The position numbers were made by a program, and so were the translations under genes. A DNA stretch of 64,000 nt, from assembly GCA_002841765.1 (NCBI GenBank), contig PHAV01000006.1, positions 1,446 to 65,445 on the forward strand, in the 5' to 3' direction. Source of the stretch: Deltaproteobacteria bacterium HGW-Deltaproteobacteria-4. Its GTDB lineage: Bacteria; Desulfobacterota; Desulfuromonadia; Desulfuromonadales; UBA2197. How positions within the stretch are numbered: position 1 is the stretch's first letter; each line of letters starts with the position of its first letter. Of the stretch, positions 36,551-45,983 are shown piece by piece. The notes beneath the pieces are model-generated. The model did not search any database, was not told the origin of the DNA, and saw only the letters and a list, made by a program, of their open reading frames with translations.

Positions 36551-37114
36551 CTATACAATTACTTGCATCCAATATCGTCCGTTATTTTCGCAGCTCTCCC
36601 AATTGACATGATAACTACCTTTTAATTTGGCAACTTGATCCTTGCGACCGGTCGGCTTAAAGATTTCCCCTTCGATGGGGCGACCATCGCGGAAATGAGC
36701 ATAGATCCCGTCAATTGAACCGCTTTGGTAAAAAAGGGGATGATTCACATGAATGACAAATATGCCACCGTCGAAACCGTTCTGTGTCAGTTGCTCCAAA
36801 AATTGCAAATCTTGGCAGGCCTTAAACATCTGCTCTGGGTGTTGCCCCTGACGAGGACATTTCAGTTCGATAGCGTAGTTTTTATCGGACTCAGGGTAAC
36901 TGACAACAATATCGATTTCTTTTTTTACCAGACCACGAGCTTTCTTGAAAAAGTGGCAGGCGGGGCGTTCAAATTGAACTTTTGCACCGCATGGCAGATG
37001 TGATCTAAGCCAATATCCTAACTCATGCTGCAAAGCAGCTTCATTGTATGTTTTATGTTCCAGTTCCGGTGACTCTCGGAAGAAGGACTCAATACAAGTT
37101 ATTATGTGTTCCAA
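36551..37114 (-). CDS. Putative PD-(D/E)XK nuclease
   Basis: NEAALQHELG...QFER...EIDIV...AIELK arrangement. Confidence 0.6.
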   Translation of the reverse strand: MEHIITCIESFFRESPELEHKTYNEAALQHELGYWLRSHLPCGAKVQFERPACHFFKKARGLVKKEIDIVVSYPESDKNYAIELKCPRQGQHPEQMFKACQDLQFLEQLTQNGFDGGIFVIHVNHPLFYQSGSIDGIYAHFRDGRPIEGEIFKPTGRKDQVAKLKGSYHVNWESCENNGRYWMQVIV

Positions 37115-37256
37115 AGCCGCCTCTTAATAGAGAAATTGGATAACTACGGCTTTGGATACCACTCTGATTTTGTATTGTCAATCAACGATAATTCAATTTT
37201 GGTTACATAGAGATATGCAACCCATAGTTGTAATCTTCCGGCAAGGATGGTGCGCT

Positions 37257-37601
37257 ATGGCTGACATGTTAACCTCTTTTGAACTTGGTCTGAAAATCAA
37301 GCAACGGCGTCACCTTGCGGGACTTTCTCAGGAGAAATTGGCCGAGATAGTGGGAGTCACTTTCCAGCAGATTCAAAAATATGAGAACGGGCAGACAACG
37401 CTCAATGTTCTTAAGCTCCAGCGGATAGCTCGCGCCCTCAATTATCCTGTCAAAGATTTTTTCGAGGATCATCCTGACGATAGCCCTCGGCTTACTGTTC
37501 AAGAAAGTGAGTTGTTGCAGGCGTTCAGAAAAATCAAAAATATGGAGTTGCGAGGGGCAGTTCTTTCTGTTGTCAGCAACATCAACAGAAAAGTTAGATA
37601 A
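37257..37601 (+). CDS. XRE/Cro-family HTH regulator
   Basis: LSQEKLAEIVGVTFQQIQKYENG. Confidence 0.9.
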   Translation: MADMLTSFELGLKIKQRRHLAGLSQEKLAEIVGVTFQQIQKYENGQTTLNVLKLQRIARALNYPVKDFFEDHPDDSPRLTVQESELLQAFRKIKNMELRGAVLSVVSNINRKVR

Positions 37602-37751
37602 TTAATTCGATCGTCAAAAGTTCAGGATATAGGTGGCTTACGGTTTTTTCCGTGGGCCATTTTTTATAGCTTCTGGCGTTTACCTGGGTTCCTTCTGTTT
37701 CATTCGGATTTATAATTCCCTTGAAGTTTAAGTCTACGCAAAAGGACGGAT

Positions 37752-38432
37752 ATGAACGTGGAGAAATTTATCAGCTATTGCAGGGTGTCGACAACGCGGC
37801 AGGGCGCAAGTGGTCTTGGGCTGGAGGCGCAGCAGAAGGCAATCTCTGACTACCTTCAAGCCGGAGAAAGGGAGTTGTTGGCGGAGTTTGTTGAGGTGGA
37901 GAGTGGCAAGAAAAATGATCGCCCCAAACTTTTAGAGGCTTTGTCTCGTTGCCGAAGCACTGGTGCGACCTTGATCATCGCCAAACTGGATCGCCTCGCC
38001 CGTAATGTTGCTTTCATCTCGCGATTAATGGATTCCGGTGTTAATTTTGTTGCCGTAGATTTCCCGCAGGCGAATCGTCTGACAGTACATATTTTAGCAG
38101 CCGTGGCCGAGTATGAAGGTAAGATGATCAGCGAACGGGTCAAGGTTGCTCTTGCTGCAGCAAAGGCGCGAGGCGTTAGGTTGGGAACGCCAGAGAATTT
38201 GACGCGAGCGGCACAGGTGAAAGGTGCAAAAGCGGGAACTCTTGCTAAGGTAATGCGGGCGGATGCTTTCGCTTTGGAATTGATTCCGATGATTGAAGGG
38301 TATCTACAGCAGGGATTGAATCTCTCTCAAATCGCCGCAAGCCTAAATTCTGCACATATCCTTAGCGCTAGAGGGCAGGCTGGTAAGTGGACTGCTCAGG
38401 CAATAAAAAATACCCTTGGGAGGACAGCATGA
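37752..38432 (+). CDS. Serine recombinase (resolvase family)
   Basis: YCRVST, VEVESG, AKLDRLAR, EYEGKMISER. Confidence 0.93.
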   Translation: MNVEKFISYCRVSTTRQGASGLGLEAQQKAISDYLQAGERELLAEFVEVESGKKNDRPKLLEALSRCRSTGATLIIAKLDRLARNVAFISRLMDSGVNFVAVDFPQANRLTVHILAAVAEYEGKMISERVKVALAAAKARGVRLGTPENLTRAAQVKGAKAGTLAKVMRADAFALELIPMIEGYLQQGLNLSQIAASLNSAHILSARGQAGKWTAQAIKNTLGRTA

Positions 38433-38602
38433 ATAAAATATCAATAAAGAAGCACAGGATTGTCGCCGCACCGCTGACTGGTATCGGCTGGGTTGCCGTT
38501 CAGGTGTGGCATGATGACGCCGGCGAGTATAGGCATGTCGCTACATATAGAAGCAAGGATGAGGCGGTGTCTTTCATAGGCAGCAAAGACACATTAGAGT
38601 GA
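38429..38602 (+). CDS. Small hypothetical protein (57 aa)
   Basis: ATGA overlap with the resolvase stop, GGAGG upstream. Confidence 0.5.
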   Translation: MNKISIKKHRIVAAPLTGIGWVAVQVWHDDAGEYRHVATYRSKDEAVSFIGSKDTLE

Positions 38603-38672
38603 CCCACCCACGATAAAATGGTATATTTTATTGTATCGTGAAACCCCTTAAAGTTAAAGGAAGTTTATTAAT

Positions 38673-39896
38673 ATGATTTTTAGCATTGAAAAAGCGATTG
38701 AACTTATAAAAAATAGCGGGGGCAAACAGACTGAGCATCCAGAATTCATGGCTATCGCTTCACATTGGCTTCAATCGCCGGAGTGTGTCCCTACTTGGGG
38801 GAATCATGAATTGAAAAACAAATGGTTAAATGTTTTATTGGCAGGGTTTTCCCTTCGGACCCAAGATGAGCTTATAAAATTAATATCCAATTCATATAGT
38901 TTTCCGTTCCCTCCATGTGAAAACCCCAAGTTTAGATTTATTGATTTATTTGCTGGAATTGGGGGGTTTCGAATATCTTTACAGGATTTGGGGGGAAAAT
39001 GCGTTTTTACAAGTGAGTGGGACAAAAACGCAAAACAGACATATTTTTCTAATTATGGTGAGATGCCATTTGGTGACATTCGTCAATTTACAGACCCAAT
39101 AACTATTACTGATGAAACATTAGACCAACTTATTCCCGATTTTGATATTTTAGCCGCTGGATTTCCTTGTCAGCCATTTAGTCTTGCGGGTGTATCAGCA
39201 AGGCAGTCGCTTGGAATTAACCATGGTTTTTCGTGTGAAACACAAGGGACCTTGTTTTTTGATATTGTCAGAATCGCAAAAGTGAAACAGCCCAAGATAT
39301 TACTGTTGGAAAATGTCAAAAACCTGAAAAGTCATGACGGAGGGAATACATTTCAAACAATCAAAAAAACTATTGAGGATGATCTCGGTTACTCATTTTC
39401 GCATAAAATTATAAATGCTAATACGGTAGTACCTCAAAATCGACAACGCTGTTTCATGGTTTGTCTTAAAAATAGGGATACGGATTTTGTTTTTCCAACA
39501 TTTGAGGGGGATCCATTACCCCTTGAGTCGATATTAGAAGAATCTCCCCCTGAAATTTATACAATTTCAGACAAACTCTGGGCAGGTCATATTTCTCGCA
39601 CTAAACGCAATATGGATAGAGGCACAGGTTTTTCGGCCTTTGAGGCAGATTTGAAGAAGCCGTCAAATACAATTGTTGCGAGATATGGCAAGGATGGTAA
39701 GGAATGTTTAATCCCTCAGGATGGAAGAAATCCTCGTATGTTGACACCGAGGGAGTGTGCGCGCCTCCAAGGGTTTCCTGAAGAATTTCTAATCCCTCAA
39801 GGAAAAACAATGGCGTACAAGCAATTCGGTAACTCCGTACCTGTACCAGTAGTCAGAAAAATAGCTAAAGAAATACGCGACCGTTATCTTTCATAG
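38673..39896 (+). CDS. dcm: C5-cytosine DNA methyltransferase (Dcm/EcoRII/SsoII-like)
   Basis: FIDLFAGIGG, GFPCQPFS, ENVKNL, QNRQR, TIVARYGKDG, LTPRECARLQGFP, YKQFGNSV. Confidence 0.93.
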   Translation: MIFSIEKAIELIKNSGGKQTEHPEFMAIASHWLQSPECVPTWGNHELKNKWLNVLLAGFSLRTQDELIKLISNSYSFPFPPCENPKFRFIDLFAGIGGFRISLQDLGGKCVFTSEWDKNAKQTYFSNYGEMPFGDIRQFTDPITITDETLDQLIPDFDILAAGFPCQPFSLAGVSARQSLGINHGFSCETQGTLFFDIVRIAKVKQPKILLLENVKNLKSHDGGNTFQTIKKTIEDDLGYSFSHKIINANTVVPQNRQRCFMVCLKNRDTDFVFPTFEGDPLPLESILEESPPEIYTISDKLWAGHISRTKRNMDRGTGFSAFEADLKKPSNTIVARYGKDGKECLIPQDGRNPRMLTPRECARLQGFPEEFLIPQGKTMAYKQFGNSVPVPVVRKIAKEIRDRYLS

Positions 39897-39921
39897 CTAC
39901 AATATATAGATTGTAAAAGTT

Positions 39922-40344
39922 ATGACCGATGTTATGACACCCACACAACGCAGTAATTGCATGTCAAAAATTAAAAACAAAAATACAAAACCTGAATTGA
40001 AGTTAAGAAAAGCTCTCTGGAATGAGGGAATTAGATACAGAATCAACACGAAATTGACCGGCAAGCCGGATATAGTATTTACTTCAAAGAAGATTGCGAT
40101 TTTTGTGGACGGTTGTTTTTGGCATTGTTGCCCAATTCACGGCACATCACCAAAATCAAATGTTCCCTTTTGGGGTTCAAAACTTCAAAAAAATATTGAA
40201 CGTGACGCGAAAGTTAATCAGCTACTAAAAGAATCAGGTTGGAATGTTTATAGAATTTGGGAACACAAAATTGATTCGGATATTGTTGGTGTTATTTCCA
40301 GTATCAAGACACTTTTGGCGTCAAGTGGCAATCACCTCTCATGA
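39922..40344 (+). CDS. vsr: Very short patch repair endonuclease
   Basis: TDVMTPTQRSNCMS, TKPE, GKPDIV, FVDGCFWH, GWNVYRIWE. Confidence 0.95.
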   Translation: MTDVMTPTQRSNCMSKIKNKNTKPELKLRKALWNEGIRYRINTKLTGKPDIVFTSKKIAIFVDGCFWHCCPIHGTSPKSNVPFWGSKLQKNIERDAKVNQLLKESGWNVYRIWEHKIDSDIVGVISSIKTLLASSGNHLS

Positions 40345-40788
40345 TTTTGTAGAGCGAAATTGGTAGAGCCAGTCTTTCATTTGTTCTGGCGTGCGTTCTA
40401 GCCACCCCTTTTTTTTTGTTAGGTTGTATAGCCAGAACTCAGTACAGTCTTCTCTGTATAGAACAACACGAGCCTCAACACCGAGTATTTTTGCTATTGA
40501 TGTAATAACTTTATATTGAGCATCTCTGTTAAACCTATCAACTATCGCATTGAGGTAATTTGTGGTTACGGCAATCCCACTTTCAACCATAGTGATCTCA
40601 TTCACAGATAACGGTACAACCTCACCATTAATAAATTTGTATTCTATGCAGTCTATATCTTGCATATATAGTTCTCTTCCTTGTTCACGATGCCACTTCA
40701 AATAATTTTCGGACCTATCTACATGGCCCTTGTCTGAACGCTGTACAGATTTGCTTCCCTGATCGTTTATAATCTTTTCCAGTGGCAT
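40339..40788 (-). CDS. Small putative PD-(D/E)XK-like protein
   Basis: WHR...QDIDCIEYK...NEIT pattern. Same strand as, and just downstream of, the HNH gene. Confidence 0.5.
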   Translation of the reverse strand: MPLEKIINDQGSKSVQRSDKGHVDRSENYLKWHREQGRELYMQDIDCIEYKFINGEVVPLSVNEITMVESGIAVTTNYLNAIVDRFNRDAQYKVITSIAKILGVEARVVLYREDCTEFWLYNLTKKKGWLERTPEQMKDWLYQFRSTKS

Positions 40789-40813
40789 AATATATCTCCT
40801 TTCCAGTAGTTAA

Positions 40814-41701
40814 CTACGCACCATAAATTCTGAGAATATCCGTAAAAGAAATTTCCAATCCCCTCAATGCTAAACGCTCATGACGTGCTTCAAAGAGGTG
40901 GCGCAGAAGCACAGCTTTTGCCGTTGGTTGTCCATGGTGAAGTGTCCTATGGCAAACTGGGCATAAAGCTACAATGTTATCCGCAACATCTAATCCGTTA
41001 ACAAACTCATTTTGCGAGGAAATGGGGATAAGGTGATGCCCTTCTACAAATGGGTTGCCTGTGGCTGCACTTATAAAGGTCCGATGAGAGTTGTCTATTT
41101 CACAGCAATAGTGAGCCGCCCTTGCAGCTGATAGCCCTAATCTTGGGTCGCGTGGGTATGTCATTCCTGTCCTGCTTACAGGAATGCTGGCCGCGACTGC
41201 TCCTATCTGGTTTTGATAAAAATCATCTTCATCATCAATATTGACCCCAGCACGGAAATTTAGAGCCGATGCTGACATTGCCGTTGAAAATAGATTGTTC
41301 CAATCTGCCGTTGACATAAATCCAACATGCGGACAAGCCTCTCCCCGACGTGAAAAAATAAACCAAATATCGGTAGCTGTGGGGTAGAACTGGCTAGAGC
41401 GAGAGAAATAAAGCCGTAATTCATTCCCCTGGCGCTTTGGGTATACTACGACAATCTGATTTGTGGAGGTGTGCCCCGAAGGTGCGTGAACTACCATAGT
41501 CCAGTCTTCTGGTTTACCGTCTGGCGCGGCCCCACCTCGACGGGTAAATCCACTTAACGGGTAACGGCCTTCCAGGACAGCTTTTTCATCAGAGTCTACG
41601 GTTACACTCTTATCTCCCGTAGCCTCGCGATCGGTTACTACCGAATATGCTCCTCGCTCAGCACCAAAATATCCACACATGTACCTGTCAAACATTGGCA
41701 T
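40814..41701 (-). CDS. HNH endonuclease with uncharacterised N-terminal domain
   Basis: CEIDNSH...FVEGHHLIP...NIVALCPVCHRTLH. Start placed at ATG 41701. Confidence 0.88.
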   Translation of the reverse strand: MPMFDRYMCGYFGAERGAYSVVTDREATGDKSVTVDSDEKAVLEGRYPLSGFTRRGGAAPDGKPEDWTMVVHAPSGHTSTNQIVVVYPKRQGNELRLYFSRSSQFYPTATDIWFIFSRRGEACPHVGFMSTADWNNLFSTAMSASALNFRAGVNIDDEDDFYQNQIGAVAASIPVSRTGMTYPRDPRLGLSAARAAHYCCEIDNSHRTFISAATGNPFVEGHHLIPISSQNEFVNGLDVADNIVALCPVCHRTLHHGQPTAKAVLLRHLFEARHERLALRGLEISFTDILRIYGA

Positions 41702-41944
41702 AAAGCACCTCTCCCAGAAAGAATTATTGTCCCGAATCAACCGGTGTATAGCGGGACAGTGACACATGTATGGTTAGCTGTCAACCCGAAAAAACATATA
41801 TATTTACCCCGTAAGTGACGGGGTAGAAAATTTTGACGTTAATTCGGGATTTTAAATCTTGTGCTCAAACTTCTCGGGAATCTTGGTGAGCCTTTGGATT
41901 GTGGCAGTGGAATAGTATTTGTTTCAGAGATGAGAAATGGCGAG

Positions 41945-41968
41945 AGTATATATTTTAGCATATACTTT
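41945..41968 (+). repeat. Tandem 12-bp arm-type repeats (AGTATATATTTT, AGCATATACTTT)
   Basis: Match the pair at 30093-30116. Confidence 0.7.
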
Positions 41969-41981
41969 TTTAAAAAAAGAA

Positions 41982-42013
41982 AATGGGTTAACCGAATAAT
42001 CGGCTAACCCATT
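41982..42013. terminator. Element-supplied hairpin downstream of the tRNA
   Basis: AATGGGTTAACCGA-ataa-TCGGCTAACCCATT, one mismatch. Confidence 0.75.
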
Positions 42014-42019
42014 GGTTTC

Positions 42020-42066
42020 TTTGGTGGAGCTGAGCGGGATCGAACCGCTGGCCTATGCATTGCGAA
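42020..42066 (-). repeat. att direct repeat, copy 2 (within the intact tRNA)
   Basis: Identical to 29891-29937. Confidence 0.95.
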
Positions 42067-42097
42067 CGCATCGCTCTCCCAACTGAGCTACAGCCCC
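42022..42097 (-). tRNA. tRNA-Ala(CGC)
   Basis: 76-nt cloverleaf GGGGCTGTAGCTCAGTTGG...TTCGCAA...GGTTCGATCC...CCACCA, with G3:U70 and encoded CCA. Confidence 0.97.
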
Positions 42098-42194
42098 AAA
42101 CGGGAGTTAAGCTACACAAAGTGCTTTCCCCTGTCAACCGAAAGAGAAGGATGATTGACTCTTTTCTCACCATCTGCTACAAATTTTTCACTTA

Positions 42195-42362
42195 AAATCG
42201 TACGGTGCCCGTTCGCTCGGGAGAATAGGGAAGAGGGTGCAACCCCCTCGCTGCCCCGCAACTGTAAGCGGTGACGAAAGCCGAAGTTAAGCCACTGTTC
42301 GCAAGGACGGGAAGGCGCGGCAATTAGGACGATCCGCAAGTCAGGAGACCTGCCGTAACGAC
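42195..42362 (+). ncRNA. Cobalamin riboswitch
   Basis: GGTGC...AATAGGGAA...CTGCCCCCGCAACTGT...GCCACTG...GGGAAGG...AAGTCAGGAGACCTGCC upstream of the cob genes. Confidence 0.93.
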
Positions 42363-42410
42363 GCTTTTACGAACCCTGCTCGGGATGGGGTGCGCCGCTT
42401 TCTTGACGCC

Positions 42411-42440
42411 CCCCGACCGTGCCTCGTGTCGGGGTTTTTT
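42411..42440 (+). terminator. Riboswitch expression-platform terminator
   Basis: CCCCGAC...GTCGGGG followed by T6, before cobO. Confidence 0.75.
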
Positions 42441-42480
42441 GTTGCAGCAGAGCGGCGTGGTGCCAGGAAGAGATGGTCGG

Positions 42481-43002
42481 ATGCAACAGAGACGACTGCA
42501 GGTTTATACCGGGGCGGGGAAGGGGAAGACGACGGCTGCGGCCGGTCTCGCCGCCCGCGCCCTCGGTCATGGTTGGCGCGTCCTTTGGGTGCGACTGCTC
42601 AAGCCCGCCGCCCTGCAGGCCGGTGAAGTGACCAGTCTCAGCCGCTTTCCCGGTTTTGAACTCCTTGATGCCGGGATCGGGGTAATCGCCGGCTCAGCTT
42701 CTGTCGAGGAAGTGGCGGCCAGTGTGCAGCGGGTCTTTGCCGCCGCCAGGGTGCGGATTGCGAGTGGCGATCTCGATCTGGTGGTCTTTGATGAAATCAA
42801 TGGGGCGGTACGGCGTAACGCCTTGCCCCTTGCCGAACTCCTTGACCTCCTCGATCAGCGGCCGCCGGCCTTGGAGATCGTCCTCACCGGGCGCGATGCG
42901 CATCCGCAAGTTCTCCTTCGCGCCGATCTGGTGACAGAGATGATGGCGATCAAACATCCATTGGCGCAGGGGATTGCAGCCCGGCAAGGAATCGAATACT
43001 GA
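42481..43002 (+). CDS. cobO: Cob(I)alamin adenosyltransferase
   Basis: VYTGAGKGKTTAAAG, FDEI, LTGRDA, ADLVTEM, KHP...GIEY. Confidence 0.92.
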   Translation: MQQRRLQVYTGAGKGKTTAAAGLAARALGHGWRVLWVRLLKPAALQAGEVTSLSRFPGFELLDAGIGVIAGSASVEEVAASVQRVFAAARVRIASGDLDLVVFDEINGAVRRNALPLAELLDLLDQRPPALEIVLTGRDAHPQVLLRADLVTEMMAIKHPLAQGIAARQGIEY

Positions 43003-43004
43003 CG

Positions 43005-43526
43005 ATGGCGGAACTGATTCTGATCACCGGCGGCACCCGCTCCGGCAAGAGTGCCTTTGCCCAGCGCTGCGCCGAAGCCCATGCCGGCCCCCTCCTCTAC
43101 GTCGCTACGGCGATGATCGCCGATAGCGAGATGGCTGACCGCATTGCCCTCCATCAACAGGCGCGGGGGGGGCGCTGGAATCTCCTCGAAGAGCCGTGTG
43201 ATCTCTGTGGCCGTTTACCGATGGCTGCGACAGGGCAGGGGGCAATTCTCCTCGATTGCGTGACTTTGTGGATCACCAACCTCCTCTTTGCCCATAATGA
43301 AGAACCGTCCGCTGTCCTCGCTGAAGTCCGGCGCTTTATCGCTTGTCTTGCCACCATCGACGGCCCGGTTTATCTCGTCAGCAATGAAGTCGGCGGCGGC
43401 ATCGTCCCGGAGAATCGCCTTGCCCGGCTCTTCCGTGATCTCGCCGGTGAAGTTAATCAAGAGCTGGCAGTTGCGGCAAGCAGCGCCTGGTTGGTCGTGG
43501 CCGGCCTGCCGCTGCGTCTGAAGTAA
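43005..43526 (+). CDS. cobU: Adenosylcobinamide kinase/guanylyltransferase
   Basis: GGTRSGKS, LDCVTLW, VSNEVGGG, FRDLAG. Confidence 0.95.
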   Translation: MAELILITGGTRSGKSAFAQRCAEAHAGPLLYVATAMIADSEMADRIALHQQARGGRWNLLEEPCDLCGRLPMAATGQGAILLDCVTLWITNLLFAHNEEPSAVLAEVRRFIACLATIDGPVYLVSNEVGGGIVPENRLARLFRDLAGEVNQELAVAASSAWLVVAGLPLRLK

Positions 43527-43552
43527 TTATTCCCCTTTTAAGGATCTGATCG

Positions 43553-44611
43553 ATGAATCCCCATTCCCTGCAAGCTGTCCTCAATACCATCAAGCCGGTC
43601 GATAAAACAATGATCGCCGAAGTGCAGGCCCGCCTCAACAGTCAGGCCAAACCGAAAGGTTCTCTTGGCCGCCTCGAAGAGTTTGCCCGCCGTTTTGTTG
43701 CCATCACCGGGCGGGAAGATATCCGCAAGAAAGTCGTCTTTACCTTTGCCGGCGATCACGGCATTACCGAAGAGGGGGTCAGTGCCTTCCCCAAAGAGGT
43801 GACGCCGCAGATGGTTCTCAACTTTGTCAGTGGCGGCGCAGCGATTAACGCTTTGGCCAACCATGCCGGCGCCGAGGTGATCGTTGTCGATATGGGGGTT
43901 GACTACGACTTCGCGCCGATTGCCGGACTCCTCAACAAGAAGATCGCTAAAGGGACAGCCAACTTTTCCAAAGGGCCCGCGATGAGTCGCAAGGAGGCGA
44001 TTGCGGCCCTGGAGGCGGGGATTGAACTCGCTTTTTCCAGCCGTGATGCCGGTATTGATCTCCTCGGTACCGGAGACATGGGGATCGGTAATACCACCCC
44101 GTCGGCGGCGATTGCCGCGCTCTTCACCGGGCGCTCGGTGGAGCAGGTGACCTTTCGCGGTACCGGCATCGACGACCCGACCCTTGCCCACAAGATCGCG
44201 GTGATCAAGGCGGGGATCGCCCTTAATCAACCGGACAAAGACGATCCTGTCGATGTTCTCGCCAAGGTTGGCGGTTTTGAAATTGGCGGTATCGCCGGCC
44301 TGATCCTCGGTGCCGCCGCGACCGGGATTCCGATCGTGGTCGATGGTTTCATCTCCACCGCCGGCGCCATCATCGCTTCAGAACTCCATCCCCACGTCAA
44401 GGATTACATCTTCTGCGCCCATCAGTCGGTGGAGATCGGCCATCGTCACATGCTGGAGATGCTCGGACAGAAGCCGATGCTCGATCTGGAGATGCGTCTC
44501 GGCGAAGGGACCGGTGCGGTCCTGGCGATGACCTTGATCGAAGCGTCGCTGCGCGGACTGCGGGAAATTCGCACCTTTGAAGAGGTCGGCGTGAGCAAGG
44601 CCAGCAAATAA
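43553..44611 (+). CDS. cobT: Nicotinate-nucleotide-dimethylbenzimidazole phosphoribosyltransferase
   Basis: [36 protein letters not shown]. Confidence 0.95.
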   Translation: MNPHSLQAVLNTIKPVDKTMIAEVQARLNSQAKPKGSLGRLEEFARRFVAITGREDIRKKVVFTFAGDHGITEEGVSAFPKEVTPQMVLNFVSGGAAINALANHAGAEVIVVDMGVDYDFAPIAGLLNKKIAKGTANFSKGPAMSRKEAIAALEAGIELAFSSRDAGIDLLGTGDMGIGNTTPSAAIAALFTGRSVEQVTFRGTGIDDPTLAHKIAVIKAGIALNQPDKDDPVDVLAKVGGFEIGGIAGLILGAAATGIPIVVDGFISTAGAIIASELHPHVKDYIFCAHQSVEIGHRHMLEMLGQKPMLDLEMRLGEGTGAVLAMTLIEASLRGLREIRTFEEVGVSKASK

Positions 44612-45366
44612 TGAAGGGAATACTCGGCGAGCTGCGCCAAGCCCTGCTCTTTCTCACTGTCCTGCCGCTGCCGGCGTCAGCGGGGAGTGCGCAGCAACTC
44701 GGGAGGTCGATGGCTTACTTCCCCCTGGTAGGACTCGGGCTTGGTCTCCTCCTGGCGGGCGCTCACCAAGTGTTGCTGATCTTCTTCCCGCCCTCCGTCG
44801 GCGCCCTCCTTGTTCTGCTGTTGCTGATCTATGCCACCGGCGCTCTTCATCTTGACGGCGTCGCCGATACTGCCGACGGGATGTACGGCATCCGTGACCG
44901 CGCCAGCCGGCTGCGGATCATGAAGGACAGCCGGGTCGGGGCGATGGGGGTGGTGGCCCTGCTTTGCCTCTTCCTGCTGAAGGTCATGACCCTGAGCGTT
45001 ATTCCGTCCGCAATGCGCTGGCAGGTGCTGATCGCGCTGCCGGTTGTCGGCCGCTGGATGATGGTGGCGCTGGCGGTCCTCGCCCCTTATGCCCGCAGCG
45101 AAGGCGGAACCGGCAGCGTCTTTGTCGAAGGGGTGGGTCGCCGCGAACTCGTGCTCGCAACGCTGATCCTCGCCGCCGTCCTGCTTGGTTTCTTCCGGCT
45201 CTGGGGGTTGACTCTTCTCGCCGCCCTTTGTCTAGCGGTCTTCCTTCTGGAGCGCTACTTCAAGGCGCGCTTGGGGGGAGTGACCGGCGATATTCTCGGA
45301 GCGGTCTGCGAATGGAGTGAGGCGGTCTTTCTCCTCCTGTGTTCGTCCGCATATTTTCACCGCTAA
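44611..45366 (+). CDS. cobS: Cobalamin synthase
   Basis: GALHLDGVADTADG, IMKDSRVG, GGVTGDILGA. Confidence 0.95.
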   Translation: MKGILGELRQALLFLTVLPLPASAGSAQQLGRSMAYFPLVGLGLGLLLAGAHQVLLIFFPPSVGALLVLLLLIYATGALHLDGVADTADGMYGIRDRASRLRIMKDSRVGAMGVVALLCLFLLKVMTLSVIPSAMRWQVLIALPVVGRWMMVALAVLAPYARSEGGTGSVFVEGVGRRELVLATLILAAVLLGFFRLWGLTLLAALCLAVFLLERYFKARLGGVTGDILGAVCEWSEAVFLLLCSSAYFHR

Positions 45367-45380
45367 CAGGAGGAGATTGC

Positions 45381-45980
45381 ATGCAAAGGACCCGTATCTA
45401 TCTGATTCGCCATGGGCAGGTGGCCGGTTATGAAGAGAAGCGTTACAACGGCCATGCCGATGTCCCCTTGACACCGGAAGGAGAGGCGCAATTCGGCTTG
45501 CTGCAGTTGCGCTTGAAGAAGAAGGAGATCAGTGCGGTCTACAGCAGCGATCTGAGTCGCTGTCTGAACGGCGCCCGCCTTCTCGCCGCCAGTCATGATC
45601 TGGAGGTGCAGAGCGATGCGCAGCTGCGTGAGCTCGATATCGGTAACTGGGAAGGGAAGACCTGGGCGGAGCTGCAGGCGCTCTATCCTCAAGAGTGGCA
45701 GGCGCGCCTTGATGATATTGTCAACTATCGGGTACCGCAGGGGGAGAGTCTTAATGATCTGGCGGATCGTGTCCGGCCGATGATGGCCCGTATTGCCGCC
45801 GCTCATCGTGGCGAAGAGGTGCTGGTTGTCGCTCATGGCGGCACCAATCGGGTTATTATTCTCGACGCCATCGGCGCCCCGCTGTCCTGTCTCTTTGCCA
45901 TCGAGCAGAGCTATGGCTGTCTCAATATCATTGATTACTACGCAGATGGTAATGCTGTCGTACATCTGTTGAACGGCTGA
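45381..45980 (+). CDS. cobC: Alpha-ribazole phosphatase
   Basis: RHG, SSDLSRC, LRELDIG, GES, AHGG. Confidence 0.85.
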   Translation: MQRTRIYLIRHGQVAGYEEKRYNGHADVPLTPEGEAQFGLLQLRLKKKEISAVYSSDLSRCLNGARLLAASHDLEVQSDAQLRELDIGNWEGKTWAELQALYPQEWQARLDDIVNYRVPQGESLNDLADRVRPMMARIAAAHRGEEVLVVAHGGTNRVIILDAIGAPLSCLFAIEQSYGCLNIIDYYADGNAVVHLLNG

Positions 45981-45983
45981 GCC

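Larger units (their letters stand above)
29891..42066. mobile_element. tRNA-Ala-integrated phage-satellite-like element (PICI-like), 12,129-bp excision unit
   Basis: 47-bp att repeats, integrase, AlpA, AAA_25 helicase, TerS-like gene, defence cargo. No structural phage module. Confidence 0.88.
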
